This document shows positions 10,301-17,083 of a stretch of DNA of 27,835 bases, piece after piece. Each line of letters begins with the position of its first letter. The stretch's first letter is position 1. The notes beneath the pieces are model-generated. The model was not told the DNA's origin and ran no database searches. It worked only from the letters and a program-made list of their open reading frames with translations. Both the position numbers and the translations under genes were made by a program. This DNA is from a virus (lineage: Duplodnaviria; Caudoviricetes): IMG/VR virus record IMGVR_UViG_3300026187_000075, positions 1-27,835 of that record; one strand, 5' to 3'.

Positions 10301-11482
10301 ATCAACGAAGTTTCCAATATAGTCTGTTTCGTAGCTACCCGAATAGTTTTCAGTTACATAAGCGGATTCATATACAGATTCAAATTGTGCTCCAGAGTAT
10401 GCCGCTTCATAGGGTTCAGGTAAGCCAGGACCTGTATACGTTTCTTCAGCAACATAATCTGTTGCATATGGTTCAGCAACATATGGTGCAATAAAATCAC
10501 CAGAGTAAGATTGGGAATACTGCGCTTCGAAAATCTGTGTAAATGTACTTTCGTATTCTGAACTGTAAAGAGTAGAATAATTTCTAAAATAATCTCCGAT
10601 ATATTCTTCGGAGAAAACCTGTGAGTAGTCTCCTTCATACACATCCGAATACGTACCTTCGTAAGTTGCACCCAAATAAGTTTCACTATAAAACTCTTGA
10701 CCCGTATACCCCGGCTCGGTAACAAACGATAATCGAGTGTCAAGTGCGGTACCACGTGCTTCCCATGTGCCGGGGTCTGTTGGTGGACCTTGCAATGATG
10801 ATCGCAACTGGTAAGTACCAATACCAGAATTCATTGCGGTTACCTTCGCACGTTCACCCAATGTGTACTCGATCTCCGCATCGGTCATTTCTTTCAGACC
10901 AGCGAAGATCGCATTCTGACGATTGATTGCGATCGGTTTTACATTGTCAGGTTCCGTACCCGTTTGACGAATGTAGATGTTGTAGTTTGTTGCAGACCCA
11001 TCCGCACGAGTGTCAGTGAAAACGTTTGGTATGAATACAGTCCAGTCTGCACTGGGTGCGGTTTCACCCAATCGGAAACTGCCAGGAAGTTCATTTGCGG
11101 TTATTTTTTCGAGTAGTCTTTGAATGAGAGAATCGAGTTCCGAATCACTCATCTCTTTTAGACCCGCACCATTCCAGAAAACAGGGTTCTTTGTCAATGG
11201 TCCTTTTTCGGAAGGACCTACATTCTGATAAAGATCCGTTTCCGTGAAAGAATAGGTAGGTGGAATGTATGCATCAGGTGTGACACCAATGCCCTGATCA
11301 TAGAAAGTATCGGTATAAGTTCCGACAAGATTACCGCCCGCAGAAATAGTGAGTGCCGATGGGTCACTCTGACTCATTCTTGAAAGATGAATCCCTGCAC
11401 GGTATGCGAGATAATCTTCTTCGTTTAAGATTAACTCTTTTAACGCACCAGAACCAAGACTTTTTAACGGACGGTATGACAT
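1..11482 (-). CDS. Giant (>=3827 aa, 3'-truncated) aromatic-tetrapeptide repeat protein; putative virion fibre
   Basis: ATG at 11482-11480 gives MSYRPLKSLGSGALKEL... The same frame reads ...YEGNFSETYEGNFIDIYEADF at the left edge. No in-frame stop in the large stretches I translated, and the ORF track lists no closed ORF in this frame across 1-11482, as expected if it runs off the edge. TATAAATA lies 27 nt upstream. Located at the end of the baseplate cluster. Fibre function is inferred. Confidence 0.92.
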   Translation of the reverse strand, partial: MSYRPLKSLGSGALKELILNEEDYLAYRAGIHLSRMSQSDPSALTISAGGNLVGTYTDTFYDQGIGVTPDAYIPPTYSFTETDLYQNVGPSEKGPLTKNPVFWNGAGLKEMSDSELDSLIQRLLEKITANELPGSFRLGETAPSADWTVFIPNVFTDTRADGSATNYNIYIRQTGTEPDNVKPIAINRQNAIFAGLKEMTDAEIEYTLGERAKVTAMNSGIGTYQLRSSLQGPPTDPGTWEARGTALDTRLSFVTEPGYTGQEFYSETYLGATYEGTYSDVYEGDYSQVFSEEYIGDYFRNYSTLYSSEYESTFTQIFEAQYSQSYSGDFIAPYVAEPYATDYVAEETYTGPGLPEPYEAAYSGAQFESVYESAYVTENYSGSYETDYIGNFVDNYLTEYVTNYIQEEYTGIFSVQYLNTDIIPYSTDYISFYLRDQYISDYVSGYLTDYVETYVSEYESLYIQDQYTGTFETTYVQDNYSGNFSVDYSGDFEETYGAVFEELYVQEQYSGNFTVSYSGDFEETYATDYVSLYVQEQYSGNFSLDYSGDFIEGYLTDYVSTYVQEQYSGNFSVNYSGDFEETYATDYVTLYVQEQYSGNFSTNYSGDFEETYSGNFSVTYIQNDYSGNFSVTYTQEQYTGDFVVTYEGDFLQTFEGQYEGNFTEGYEGNFSINYSGDFSVNYSGDFETNYLQDQYSGTFETVYTQEDYSGNFSIPYSGDFEETYSGDFELNYVQEQYLGTFETVYTQEDYSGNFTLDYSGDFIENYSGDFETTYVQEQYSGTFETTYTQEDYSGNFSVNYSGNFVQTFEGQYSGDFLETFEGQYSGDFLTNFQGQYSGNFLTDYSGNFSIDYSGDFEETYSGNFVENYVQEQYSGDFSVTYTQEDYSGNFVTVYEGDFEQTYEGNFIATYVQEQYLGTFETNYAQDNYSGNFIEPYSGDFLTAYEGNFVQNYVQENYSGNFSLNYSGDFEQNYDGNFSATYIQENYSGNFSVNYSGDFEETYSGNFSVTYTQEDYSGNFSLNYSGDFEETYSGDFEQNYVQDSYSGNFSVPYSGDFEETYSGNFVQNYIQENYSGNFSVNYSGDFEETYSGDFEQNYVQDSYSGNFSVNYSGDFEETYSGNFVQNYVQDDYSGNFSVNYSGDFEETYSGNFSVTYIQENYSGNFSVNYSGDFEETYSGNFSVTYTQEQYSGNFSVNYSGDFEQTYDGNFVATYIQDNYSGNFSVNYSGDFEETYAGNFVQNYVQDDYSGNFSVNYSGDFEQTYEGNFVETYVQENYSGNFSVNYSGDFEQTYSGNFVETYTQENYTGNFVQNYVQEQYSGNFSVNYSGDFEQTYDGNFVSNYAQSQYSGNFSLNYSGDFEQDFSNDFLQNYVQEQYSGDFVQTYSGDFVSDYIGIDYRRNSGLGEYIIMTNATVNYSIYESGTIIYKDSGGTVTTVVGSTAASQTGTISVSQGDILFTNGKPFHIQDWGANHVPIPWNMRGTLFGNYANRNAPMTVYFYAKENGTVTVYDNVVGGISGTATTTVSLTAGTVATYSTSTLNAWVFFESDVEMVASAIQSGADYMMLTPASTVVYRRRNGVESSVNNAAPSTNATYRVADANPCVAVEIADGAGGDACQGVGTEYLSSHYMHAGVLSDFHLVVPNSGSVQVSSWNGSSWVLHETFYASGNATSPSVFFREGTSGFGVAGDIALDSGSAANFNSNTLWKFEGTDVYLVTVNDATDDEEPLFGWMGESVSINYSGDFSVNYSGDFEQDFSNDFLQNYVQEDYSGNFSVNYSGNFSVNFEGQYVGTFETNYTGSFDTDYSGDFVQAFQGQYLGTFETSYTGDFETNYSGDFVQNFQGQYVGTFETNYLGTFETNFTGTFLSNFEGQYQGNFQQTYTGTFETNFTGTFLSDFQGQYLGDFVQTYTGTFETNFTGTFLSDFQGQYLGDFVQTYTGTFETNFTGTFLSNFEGQYSGDFVETYTGTFETQFSSDFTLNFQGQYTGTFETNYLGTFETNFTGTFLSTFQGQYTGDFVQNYSGNFSVNYVGTFVQTFQGQYLGNFQQTYAGTFETNFSADFLSTFQGQYTGNFSLFYTGNFSIDYSGTFLGTFQGQYTGNFEQDFTSQFTQPYVGNFETNFQGQYVGNFVQNFSSAGFTQNFDGDFLQTFQANYTGNFSLFYTGNFQTNYLGTFETQFSNSFTQNYLGTFLSTFQGQYVGNFSVGFSSSFTSTFTQVYERNTQQGYTGNFIGDFTQQYQSGPTLFYTGNFSQQYGYPGNFSGYLYTQNVYHWLDSGFVQGSVGLWDSSQVFFVSASVPPGASSPQTGTDGYTYYRGTFFASDGAGGGYYSIARYVPPAYFTGFFTSVFTIAYGTQYTGNFSTDSTVTYQGPVTAQYTGNFIGNFTASYLGNFAVTYTQENYTGNFETQFSNTFTQNYLGTFETNFTGTFLQQFSSDFTATYNESNYTGNFIQGYVGNFSATYTGNFAVTYTQENYTGNFETTYVGNFAQPYSGTFVQAYTQENYTGNFEQDFTSQFTQQFSNDFLQNYVQADYTGNFSLNYLGTFNTNYIGNFAVTYVQNNYIGNFEQTYSGDFVLTYAGNFALTYTQENYTGNFETNYLGTFETNYLGTFDSLYVQENYTGNFSVNYTGTFATNYAGNFSVTYAQETYTGNFQTNYLGTFETNYAGNFATNYAQETYTGNFETNYLGTFDTNYAGNFATNYAQETYTGNFETNYLGTFDTNYVGNFSVTYAQETYTGDFQTNYLGTFELNYTGTFEDNYAQENYSGNFSVNYLGTFEQTYTGTFETFYTQEDYSGNFSVNYSGTFETNYLGTFDSNYVQANYSGDFIQNYSGDFLTNFQGQYTGNFSLFYSGNFITDYSGNFSVDYSGNFSVQYLQQTYEGNFSVNYSGNFVQNFEGQYTGNFIEFYSGNFSVNYSGDFIQNFEGQYAGDFIDPYSGNFSVNYSGDFLQTFEGQYLGNFVQTFQGQYTGDFIVPYSGNFSLNYSGDFLTNFQGQYVGDFSVPYSGNFSLNYSGDFLQTFQGQYTGDFVVDYSGNFSVNYSGDFLSTFQGQYTGDFVVPYSGNFSLNYSGDFEQTFEGQYSGDFLENYSGNFSLNYSGDFLINFQGQYSGDFLENYSGNFSLNYSGDFLQTFQGQYTGDFIVPYSGNFSLNYSGDFIQAFEGQYTGNFVEDYSGNFSTDYSGDFLQTFQGQYTGDFVVPYSGNFVQTYDGDFIQAFEGQYTGNFVEDYSGNFSTNYSGDFEQTFQGQYSGDFLENYSGNFSTDYSGDFVSTFQGQYSGDFIVPYSGNFSVNYSGDFEQNFQGQYLGDFTVAYEGNFLVTYEGDFVETFQGQYTGTFEQNFEGQYIGDFTVAYSGNFSSPYEGDFVETFQGQYSGNFVQNFEGQYSGDFIDPYSGNFSVNYSGDFEETYSGDFEETYIQEDYSGDFSVTYTQEQYSGNFSVTYTQEQYSGDFSLDYSGDFLETFQGQYTGNFEENFEGQYSGNFSTPYSGNFSVNYSGDFEETFQGQYTGTFETIFEGQYTGTFSEDYTGNFIEEYSGDFEQAFQGQYTGTFETIFEGQYTGTFTEDYSGNFTEDYSTDYISLYGTDYISLYIQEQYSGNFSVPYSGNFVETFEGQYSGDFLETFQGQYSGDFLENYSGNFSVDYSGDFLETFEGQYSGNFTADYSGNFSTDYSGDFLETFEGQYEGNFQQTYSGNFSVDYSGDFEQNFEGQYEGNFTEDYIGNFEEVYEGDFVETFEGQYLGDFTDNYSGNFSVDYSGDFIETFEGQYTGTFEETFEGQYVGNFADEYTGNYVTEYVAQFTAIYENAYEGNFSETYEGNFIDIYEADF
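3318..3499. repeat. Exact tandem duplication, 87 bp x 2 (+8 bp)
   Basis: 3318-3404 is identical to 3405-3491 by direct comparison. Confidence 0.95.
4760..6270 (-). repeat. Inner outgoing arm of tetrapeptide repeats, 84-nt (28-aa) super-period
   Basis: F[Q/E]GQY units at 6121, 6037, 5953, 5869, 5785, 5701, 5617, 5533, 5449, 5365, 5281, 5197, 5113, exactly 84 nt apart. Confidence 0.95.
5676..5845. repeat. Exact tandem duplication, 84 bp x 2
   Basis: 5676-5759 is identical to 5760-5843 by direct comparison. Confidence 0.95.
7300..10710 (-). repeat. Outer outgoing arm of tetrapeptide repeats, mostly 87-nt (29-aa) super-period, becoming irregular above ~10100
   Basis: YxQExY units at 7357, 7444, 7531, 7570, 7657, 7744 ... 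10045, 10084. Consensus approximately YxQENYSGNFSVNYSGDFEETYSGNFxxN. Confidence 0.95.
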
Positions 11483-11507
11483 CTACTGCTCTTTAAAATC
11501 ATTTTTA

Positions 11508-11720
11508 CTATTTATAAGATTTTAAAGTGGTCAACACCGTAGATTGCAATTCCTTTATTTGGATTTCTAAATCGTCGATTCGTTTTAAGAGTTGTTCTTT
11601 CTCTTTGCGTTCTTCTTGTTTGATCTTTTTACGAATTTTAGCTTGTTCAATCTGGCTCCTGTTAGGATTATAGTAGACACCAGATTGAACAAATTCGTTT
11701 AATTTACTATCTATACTCAT
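11508..11720 (-). CDS. Small coiled-coil hypothetical protein (70 aa)
   Basis: ATGA overlap with the upstream gene. Charged heptad-like C-half (LLKRIDDLEIQIKELQSTV). Small proteins of this type follow the DUF4815 gene in T4-like cyanophages. Confidence 0.8.
   Translation of the reverse strand: MSIDSKLNEFVQSGVYYNPNRSQIEQAKIRKKIKQEERKEKEQLLKRIDDLEIQIKELQSTVLTTLKSYK
11509..11516 (-). promoter_or_regulatory. T4-type late promoter TATAAATA upstream of the giant gene
   Basis: Plus strand tatttata at 11509-11516 is the exact gp55 late consensus, 27 nt above the ATG at 11482. It overlaps the last codons of the 70-aa ORF. Confidence 0.8.
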
Positions 11721-14700
11721 ACGGACAAGAAGTTATATGAGAAGGCAGATAACATGGGTGGTCTATCTTTCGAAGGACAAGCAATTTTGAATTGTGACTG
11801 TTGGAACGGATCCATTCTACCACCTTCACCTCCAACCAAAAACCTTGCAGTGTAGAACTCACCACTGTTGTCTCTCGGAATATTTTCCTTGATGGGATAT
11901 GGATTCCACGGTTTGTCTTTCAGATTTTCATCCGCTGCGCCAGTACGATAATAGAATTGTATATCAGATCCATCCGGAAGGTTGACATCAAATCTCGCAT
12001 CGACACCGACTGCGGTTTCACGTAGTACCGTAGGTGTAGTAATGTGAGTGAATCCAGTCTTACCACCATATGGTTGGGTTTCTTCTACAGGATACACATA
12101 TGGAGTCACCTCGGGATCATCCACGCAATAACCAACCAACACCAAAGACGCACGTTGTAAATCTATCACAGGTGAAACATAATCAGATGCAGTCTTCAAG
12201 TCCAGTTTGATAATCGCAGACGATGACAATCCTTGTGCGGTCTCGGTTGACTTACTGTAAATAGCACGTGGTAAATCAAAATCAACGTTTTGATTCAAAC
12301 TGATTTTTCGATACTGTTCTGGTTGTTGATAACGTGTCGCAGTACCCGAAATGAATCTACCCGTGGTGAATTTAGCAGAAGCATCAATCGAAGTGTTTTT
12401 CGGAATCGACACATCTATGGTTGGATTCACCACCGAGAATACAGTATTACCTTGAGACAAGATTCTGTTACCACCCCCAAATCCACTTGAGGTTGCAGTT
12501 CCTGCGGTCGTGACTGTGTAACCATAAAGATCCGCAGAATCAACTGTGTGCGTAGTATTCAACTGACTTGACAATATTCCGTTAGCATCAGAACATGAAT
12601 CAAGTTGTGCAATATCGCCAGGTTGTAAACCGTGACACATATGTTGCACATACACTTTACTTGAACCGTCGTTTGTACGGATACTGTTACCCTTCAATAA
12701 TTTAACAGGTAAATCAGCATTCTTCAATACAAGACTTCCACCACCGATATCAAACGATGCACGATGCAATGTGAACATGATGTCTCGGTCTTTACTACCA
12801 ATCCAAGTAGCTGCGTTTTGAGGCAAGAACAATGTTCCGTTGGTAGGTTGGTTTGTTACATAACGACTGGTAGAACCATATACAGATTGACCTACAGTAG
12901 AACTGAACAGTTCGTATTCAGTAGACTGTGTGGAAACCACAACCGCATACGTAGTGTTGGGTTGCAGATATATCGGTTCATCAAACTCGAACGAAGTGGG
13001 ACGAGACTGAATCACAGACAACTGTGGATCTGTACCAATCGCAACAACTTCACTCGGATTCAAGTAAACATGCGAATCAGGAACGATAGTTGTCTGTGAA
13101 GGTTTACCACCAACTACAGGACGAATATGAATCGAGATTGGTATGTTACCACTGTCTTTCTTTCTGAAGAACAGATCCACCTTGGTCAAAGTCAAACCGA
13201 ACTGGTTGGTCACTTCGAAAGTTTGTGCAAGAGGATTCTGCGGTAACGACAATACGTTGGTATTTGTACCACCGAATACGTTTTGGTTAACGTCAATGTA
13301 ATCAGACAGAACCTGTGACATTTCACCAGTCGCATCAAGTCCCTGTAATGCAGCTGCAGACAGAGGTGAAGTCAATGGTCCAAACTTACCTGCAAGTTTG
13401 GGATCTAAAATACCAACATTCGTTTCGGTGATATTGTCGAGTGCGGTTTGCAATTCTTTCGGTGTGAAAGGCAAACGAGTCTGTATGTAACTCCAAGGAG
13501 CAACCCACTGCCATCCACGTAGAGACAAGAAACCTTGCCATGACTTATCGACCTGACCAATTGCGGAATAGTATGCAAAACATTTACTTCCAGCATCTGA
13601 CCAATCGTTTCGATCTATGTCAAGTAGTTTGAATTCGCGAATACCTGAACGGAAACGAACATACTTGGTTTTTATCTTCTTACCTTTTACGTAACGAACA
13701 ATCTCGTATTCAGGAGCGATATTGGGTATAAAGAATGATCCGATGATCTCACCATTTTCGTCACTGGTCAGTTCACTGTTTCCATCGGGGTGTGATGAAA
13801 TATCTGAAGATGTATATTTGTTACCAATGTCATCAGTACGATCAGCCCAACGAACAAACGTAGATTCTTCACGACACCAATCTGACACATTCTGTCCATC
13901 AAAGAACGGAGTGAACTTGGTGTTGGGTGTTAATCCTTTCGCTTGGAAGTACACTTTACGTGAACGCATCCAAGGGATCAAAGCAAGATCAATGTACTTT
14001 CCGTTGGTCAACTTACGGATACTTTCGGATGAAAGAACACGATTGACATGACGACCCGTCGAAGTTTCGGTGACAATGAAAGAAGAGTTAGAAAGGAACT
14101 TATCTAATTTCTTAAGTTGTTTTCTCTTCAACACTGCACGAGGATTCGTACCTTTAACCGATGCAATTGCACCAGCAAGGTGAAGATCAGAAACATCTCG
14201 CCCCGCCCAGTTCCACATCCAGTTGTTCCAAAGCAACGCTTGGTCTTGAGATATCTTGTTCGAACCAGTTAATGCATACTCCGCCTTTTCAAATGCGTCT
14301 TTCCATTCGTCCGAAGAAGGAGACAGTTTCAACGTTCCTACGTTGTCTGTCAATCCAAATGGGTTTACGTTGACAAATTCGGATGCGAGGTCATGTGACT
14401 TCCAAGTGACTTCCGAATAATCAAGGTAAATGTTGTCACCTTTCTTCCTAATGTTTTGAGAAAGAGAATTGTCAACAATGAGTCGAATATTGTTCTCGTC
14501 CGCCATAGGACGAATCAACCGAGATTCAGGATCAAGTGATGCACGATAATCTGGGTTTGCAACTTCACTACCAGTTTGATCATCCACATTATCAACCACA
14601 ATACCAATCGAAGGACGAACATCGCCTTGACTATCCAACAACGTATTGATCTTTTGTTCAAGTTCCAAGAACTTACTTGTGGTATATTCTTCTAGTCGAT

Positions 14701-17080
14701 CAAGTTTTGCTTCCAGACCAGCGATGTCTTTCATCGTATAACCCTTGTGTTCGATCGGGGTTATCTGCACATCGTTTTCGTCAAGGGTGTTTGCACCCAT
14801 AACGATTTTGTAAAGTTCTAATGTATTATCTGGGGTTGCTTTAAACTGTGGGTTCTCGTCTTGTTGACCCATCAACAATTGTATAGTTCCGTCTTCGTCA
14901 ATCAACAGTTTATCTGCACGGGGAAGATAATAGGTTATATCCGCAGTGACATTTGTTGCATTGCGAGGTAGGAAATGGATGTTCGAAAACGTTCCTGCAT
15001 TTTTATCAGGACGAAAATCGAGATAGTTAATCAGTTTGACTTCTTCACCAGTTTGAATTACGTGTGTCGGAATGTCAGAGTATCCAACCGCATTGTTGTA
15101 TGAACTGGGTGCATAGAAGTCACCAGTTGCACCACGAGTGAAATGTCGATACTTAACATACAACGAAGTGGGAGCAGAATCTCCTTGTTGCAGAATCAAC
15201 CGACTGTCTGCGTAGAAGTTGTCACGTTGACCATCATCTAATATGAATCTTGGTAATAAATTGTTTCCATTGGCATCGTCAGCACGTACTGAATCTATGG
15301 AATAAACATCAGGTACACCAAAATCATAGTAGACATACGAGTTTCCGTTGACAGGGTCTGTAGCAGTTGCTTTGGTTAACGTGGCAGTTGTCGCTGACGA
15401 AAGTGTCTTGGATTTGACCGTTCCTGTTTTCTGAACATAATAGAGAATGTCGTATGCAGTAACGTTACTCAAACCGCTAATGACACCCGTTGAGATATTA
15501 ACAGTAGGTGAAACAACACCAGAAGGTCCAACCACGACCCATGACGAACCGTCTGTGAACGATTCAGAACCCACCAATACGCTACTGATATCAATCTCAC
15601 CTGAACTGTTAGAGTTGTCAGAAGTGAATTTTTGCACTGTCAGGACAATATCGGAGAAGGCCTTCGCACGGGGGCGAGAAGTCGGCATTAACAGATCATT
15701 ATCAATTGTTTGATACAATCGTGCATTAGTACCTTGTAAGTCTAACACGAATCTATCTGAAGTACCAGTACCGATCGTTCTCGCAGTCGCAAGAGATTTA
15801 CCATCATTGATTTGTACATCAAAAACATAGACTCTTAAGTTGGGTCCATCTTTTTCTACTGCACGAATACGACAGGTCCCGATAACATTTCCGGAAGGGT
15901 CAGTTGCACTAGAACTAATATTGACCGTTGAGTAATCTAATGAAGGTAATCCCCTTGCAGAAGCAGACGCTGCAATGAAATAATTACCATAGACAATCGG
16001 TACCACATCGTTTTCTACTAGGTCCGTTTCTTGAGGACGGGGTACGGTCAATCTAATCGGAGATGGATTTTCTGCTCGATAACCATTGACATATGCCGTG
16101 CCTTTTGATATAATGAGCTCTAGGGATGAGTCGTTTGAAACAACATCCTCAAAGTGAATAGTAAAAGGTTCAACAATATAATCGCCTGATTCTTCATCAG
16201 TACGTAATGCCATCAATTCTTCTATCTGATTATATGCATCATTCTCTTGTACAGTTTCTACGATAGTAGAGTTTTCTACGTTCGCAAGAAAAACAAAGGT
16301 ATCATCCGAAGTAACCCGATCTTTGGTCGTAAGTTCTAATCGAATTCTATATCGGTCTGCGCCAGGTGATGCACGATTAATTATACCACCCGAATTGTCA
16401 TAAAGTGCAGAAGTATCGTTTACAGTGACTACTTCTTGTATGACTTTAAATCCAACAACCGCATCGACTGCATTGGTGTTTGCACTTAAAATTATGTGTT
16501 GGTCATTCGAATGAACAAATCGTCCTAATACGAAAAAGGTACCTTCTCCAACATCAAATCTAACACCCTTACCCGTAGAGTTTGGAGTGTGTGTAACTAA
16601 CTCGTAACCGTTCCCTGATTGATCGAACAGTGTTTCATTATCACCGAACGTATTTGAAACAGAAGATACGTCAGCTTGGTTGTTATTAATATATTGGACG
16701 TAAAGAGTGTCCAATGTAAACATGTCATTGTCGATTGGTTTTACTTCTAATACTCTCGCAGTCAAACCAGTAGAAGGATTTCGAAAGACTGTACCCAATG
16801 GAATGTCTGCAAAATCACCACCCGAGTTTGTTGATGCGATCTGAACGTAATCGTAATCGTCGTTACATGCCATTGCAGGTGAAGTAATAGCCGCACCGTC
16901 TTTAAAGACGTTGTGTCCCATTCGACTCAACTCGGCATATACGAGACTCTGAAGTTGTGTTAACTCCCTTGCCTGCAAAGCGCGACCATTATTGAACAAT
17001 ATCTGGTGATAATTGTCGTTCTTATTATAGTCGTCATCATAAGAACTTAAAAGGGTATTTGAAGTAAAAGTAGTCGCCAT
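11717..17080 (-). CDS. Large virion structural protein, DUF4815 / VrlC-like (1787 aa)
   Basis: Recognisable motifs YDDDY..YHQILF..GRALQARELTQLQS, ASPGADRYRI, RTDEESGDY, YYLPRADKL, YTMKDI..LE, LSPSSDEW, NPLAQTF, VSPVIDL. Sits directly after gp8 as in T4-like cyanophages. Confidence 0.85.
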   Translation of the reverse strand: MATTFTSNTLLSSYDDDYNKNDNYHQILFNNGRALQARELTQLQSLVYAELSRMGHNVFKDGAAITSPAMACNDDYDYVQIASTNSGGDFADIPLGTVFRNPSTGLTARVLEVKPIDNDMFTLDTLYVQYINNNQADVSSVSNTFGDNETLFDQSGNGYELVTHTPNSTGKGVRFDVGEGTFFVLGRFVHSNDQHIILSANTNAVDAVVGFKVIQEVVTVNDTSALYDNSGGIINRASPGADRYRIRLELTTKDRVTSDDTFVFLANVENSTIVETVQENDAYNQIEELMALRTDEESGDYIVEPFTIHFEDVVSNDSSLELIISKGTAYVNGYRAENPSPIRLTVPRPQETDLVENDVVPIVYGNYFIAASASARGLPSLDYSTVNISSSATDPSGNVIGTCRIRAVEKDGPNLRVYVFDVQINDGKSLATARTIGTGTSDRFVLDLQGTNARLYQTIDNDLLMPTSRPRAKAFSDIVLTVQKFTSDNSNSSGEIDISSVLVGSESFTDGSSWVVVGPSGVVSPTVNISTGVISGLSNVTAYDILYYVQKTGTVKSKTLSSATTATLTKATATDPVNGNSYVYYDFGVPDVYSIDSVRADDANGNNLLPRFILDDGQRDNFYADSRLILQQGDSAPTSLYVKYRHFTRGATGDFYAPSSYNNAVGYSDIPTHVIQTGEEVKLINYLDFRPDKNAGTFSNIHFLPRNATNVTADITYYLPRADKLLIDEDGTIQLLMGQQDENPQFKATPDNTLELYKIVMGANTLDENDVQITPIEHKGYTMKDIAGLEAKLDRLEEYTTSKFLELEQKINTLLDSQGDVRPSIGIVVDNVDDQTGSEVANPDYRASLDPESRLIRPMADENNIRLIVDNSLSQNIRKKGDNIYLDYSEVTWKSHDLASEFVNVNPFGLTDNVGTLKLSPSSDEWKDAFEKAEYALTGSNKISQDQALLWNNWMWNWAGRDVSDLHLAGAIASVKGTNPRAVLKRKQLKKLDKFLSNSSFIVTETSTGRHVNRVLSSESIRKLTNGKYIDLALIPWMRSRKVYFQAKGLTPNTKFTPFFDGQNVSDWCREESTFVRWADRTDDIGNKYTSSDISSHPDGNSELTSDENGEIIGSFFIPNIAPEYEIVRYVKGKKIKTKYVRFRSGIREFKLLDIDRNDWSDAGSKCFAYYSAIGQVDKSWQGFLSLRGWQWVAPWSYIQTRLPFTPKELQTALDNITETNVGILDPKLAGKFGPLTSPLSAAALQGLDATGEMSQVLSDYIDVNQNVFGGTNTNVLSLPQNPLAQTFEVTNQFGLTLTKVDLFFRKKDSGNIPISIHIRPVVGGKPSQTTIVPDSHVYLNPSEVVAIGTDPQLSVIQSRPTSFEFDEPIYLQPNTTYAVVVSTQSTEYELFSSTVGQSVYGSTSRYVTNQPTNGTLFLPQNAATWIGSKDRDIMFTLHRASFDIGGGSLVLKNADLPVKLLKGNSIRTNDGSSKVYVQHMCHGLQPGDIAQLDSCSDANGILSSQLNTTHTVDSADLYGYTVTTAGTATSSGFGGGNRILSQGNTVFSVVNPTIDVSIPKNTSIDASAKFTTGRFISGTATRYQQPEQYRKISLNQNVDFDLPRAIYSKSTETAQGLSSSAIIKLDLKTASDYVSPVIDLQRASLVLVGYCVDDPEVTPYVYPVEETQPYGGKTGFTHITTPTVLRETAVGVDARFDVNLPDGSDIQFYYRTGAADENLKDKPWNPYPIKENIPRDNSGEFYTARFLVGGEGGRMDPFQQSQFKIACPSKDRPPMLSAFSYNFLSV

Positions 17081-17083
17081 TTT

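Noticed and set aside
1-10710. Ice-nucleation protein or RTX repeats
   Set aside because: Neither the AGYGSTxTA-type 16-mer nor GGxGxDxL nonamers are present. The likeness is limited to Gly/Ser/Tyr richness.
269-10926. Dozens of 60-220 aa ORFs on both strands (EITRV/KVTRI-type and SKGN/RVTL-type)
   Set aside because: They are antisense and off-frame shadows of the repetitive giant gene, with no independent start signals or recognisable domains.
1-11482. Stop-codon reassignment to explain the apparently gene-poor 11 kb
   Set aside because: One minus-strand frame is open under the standard code, and neighbouring genes end normally in TAA, TAG and TGA.
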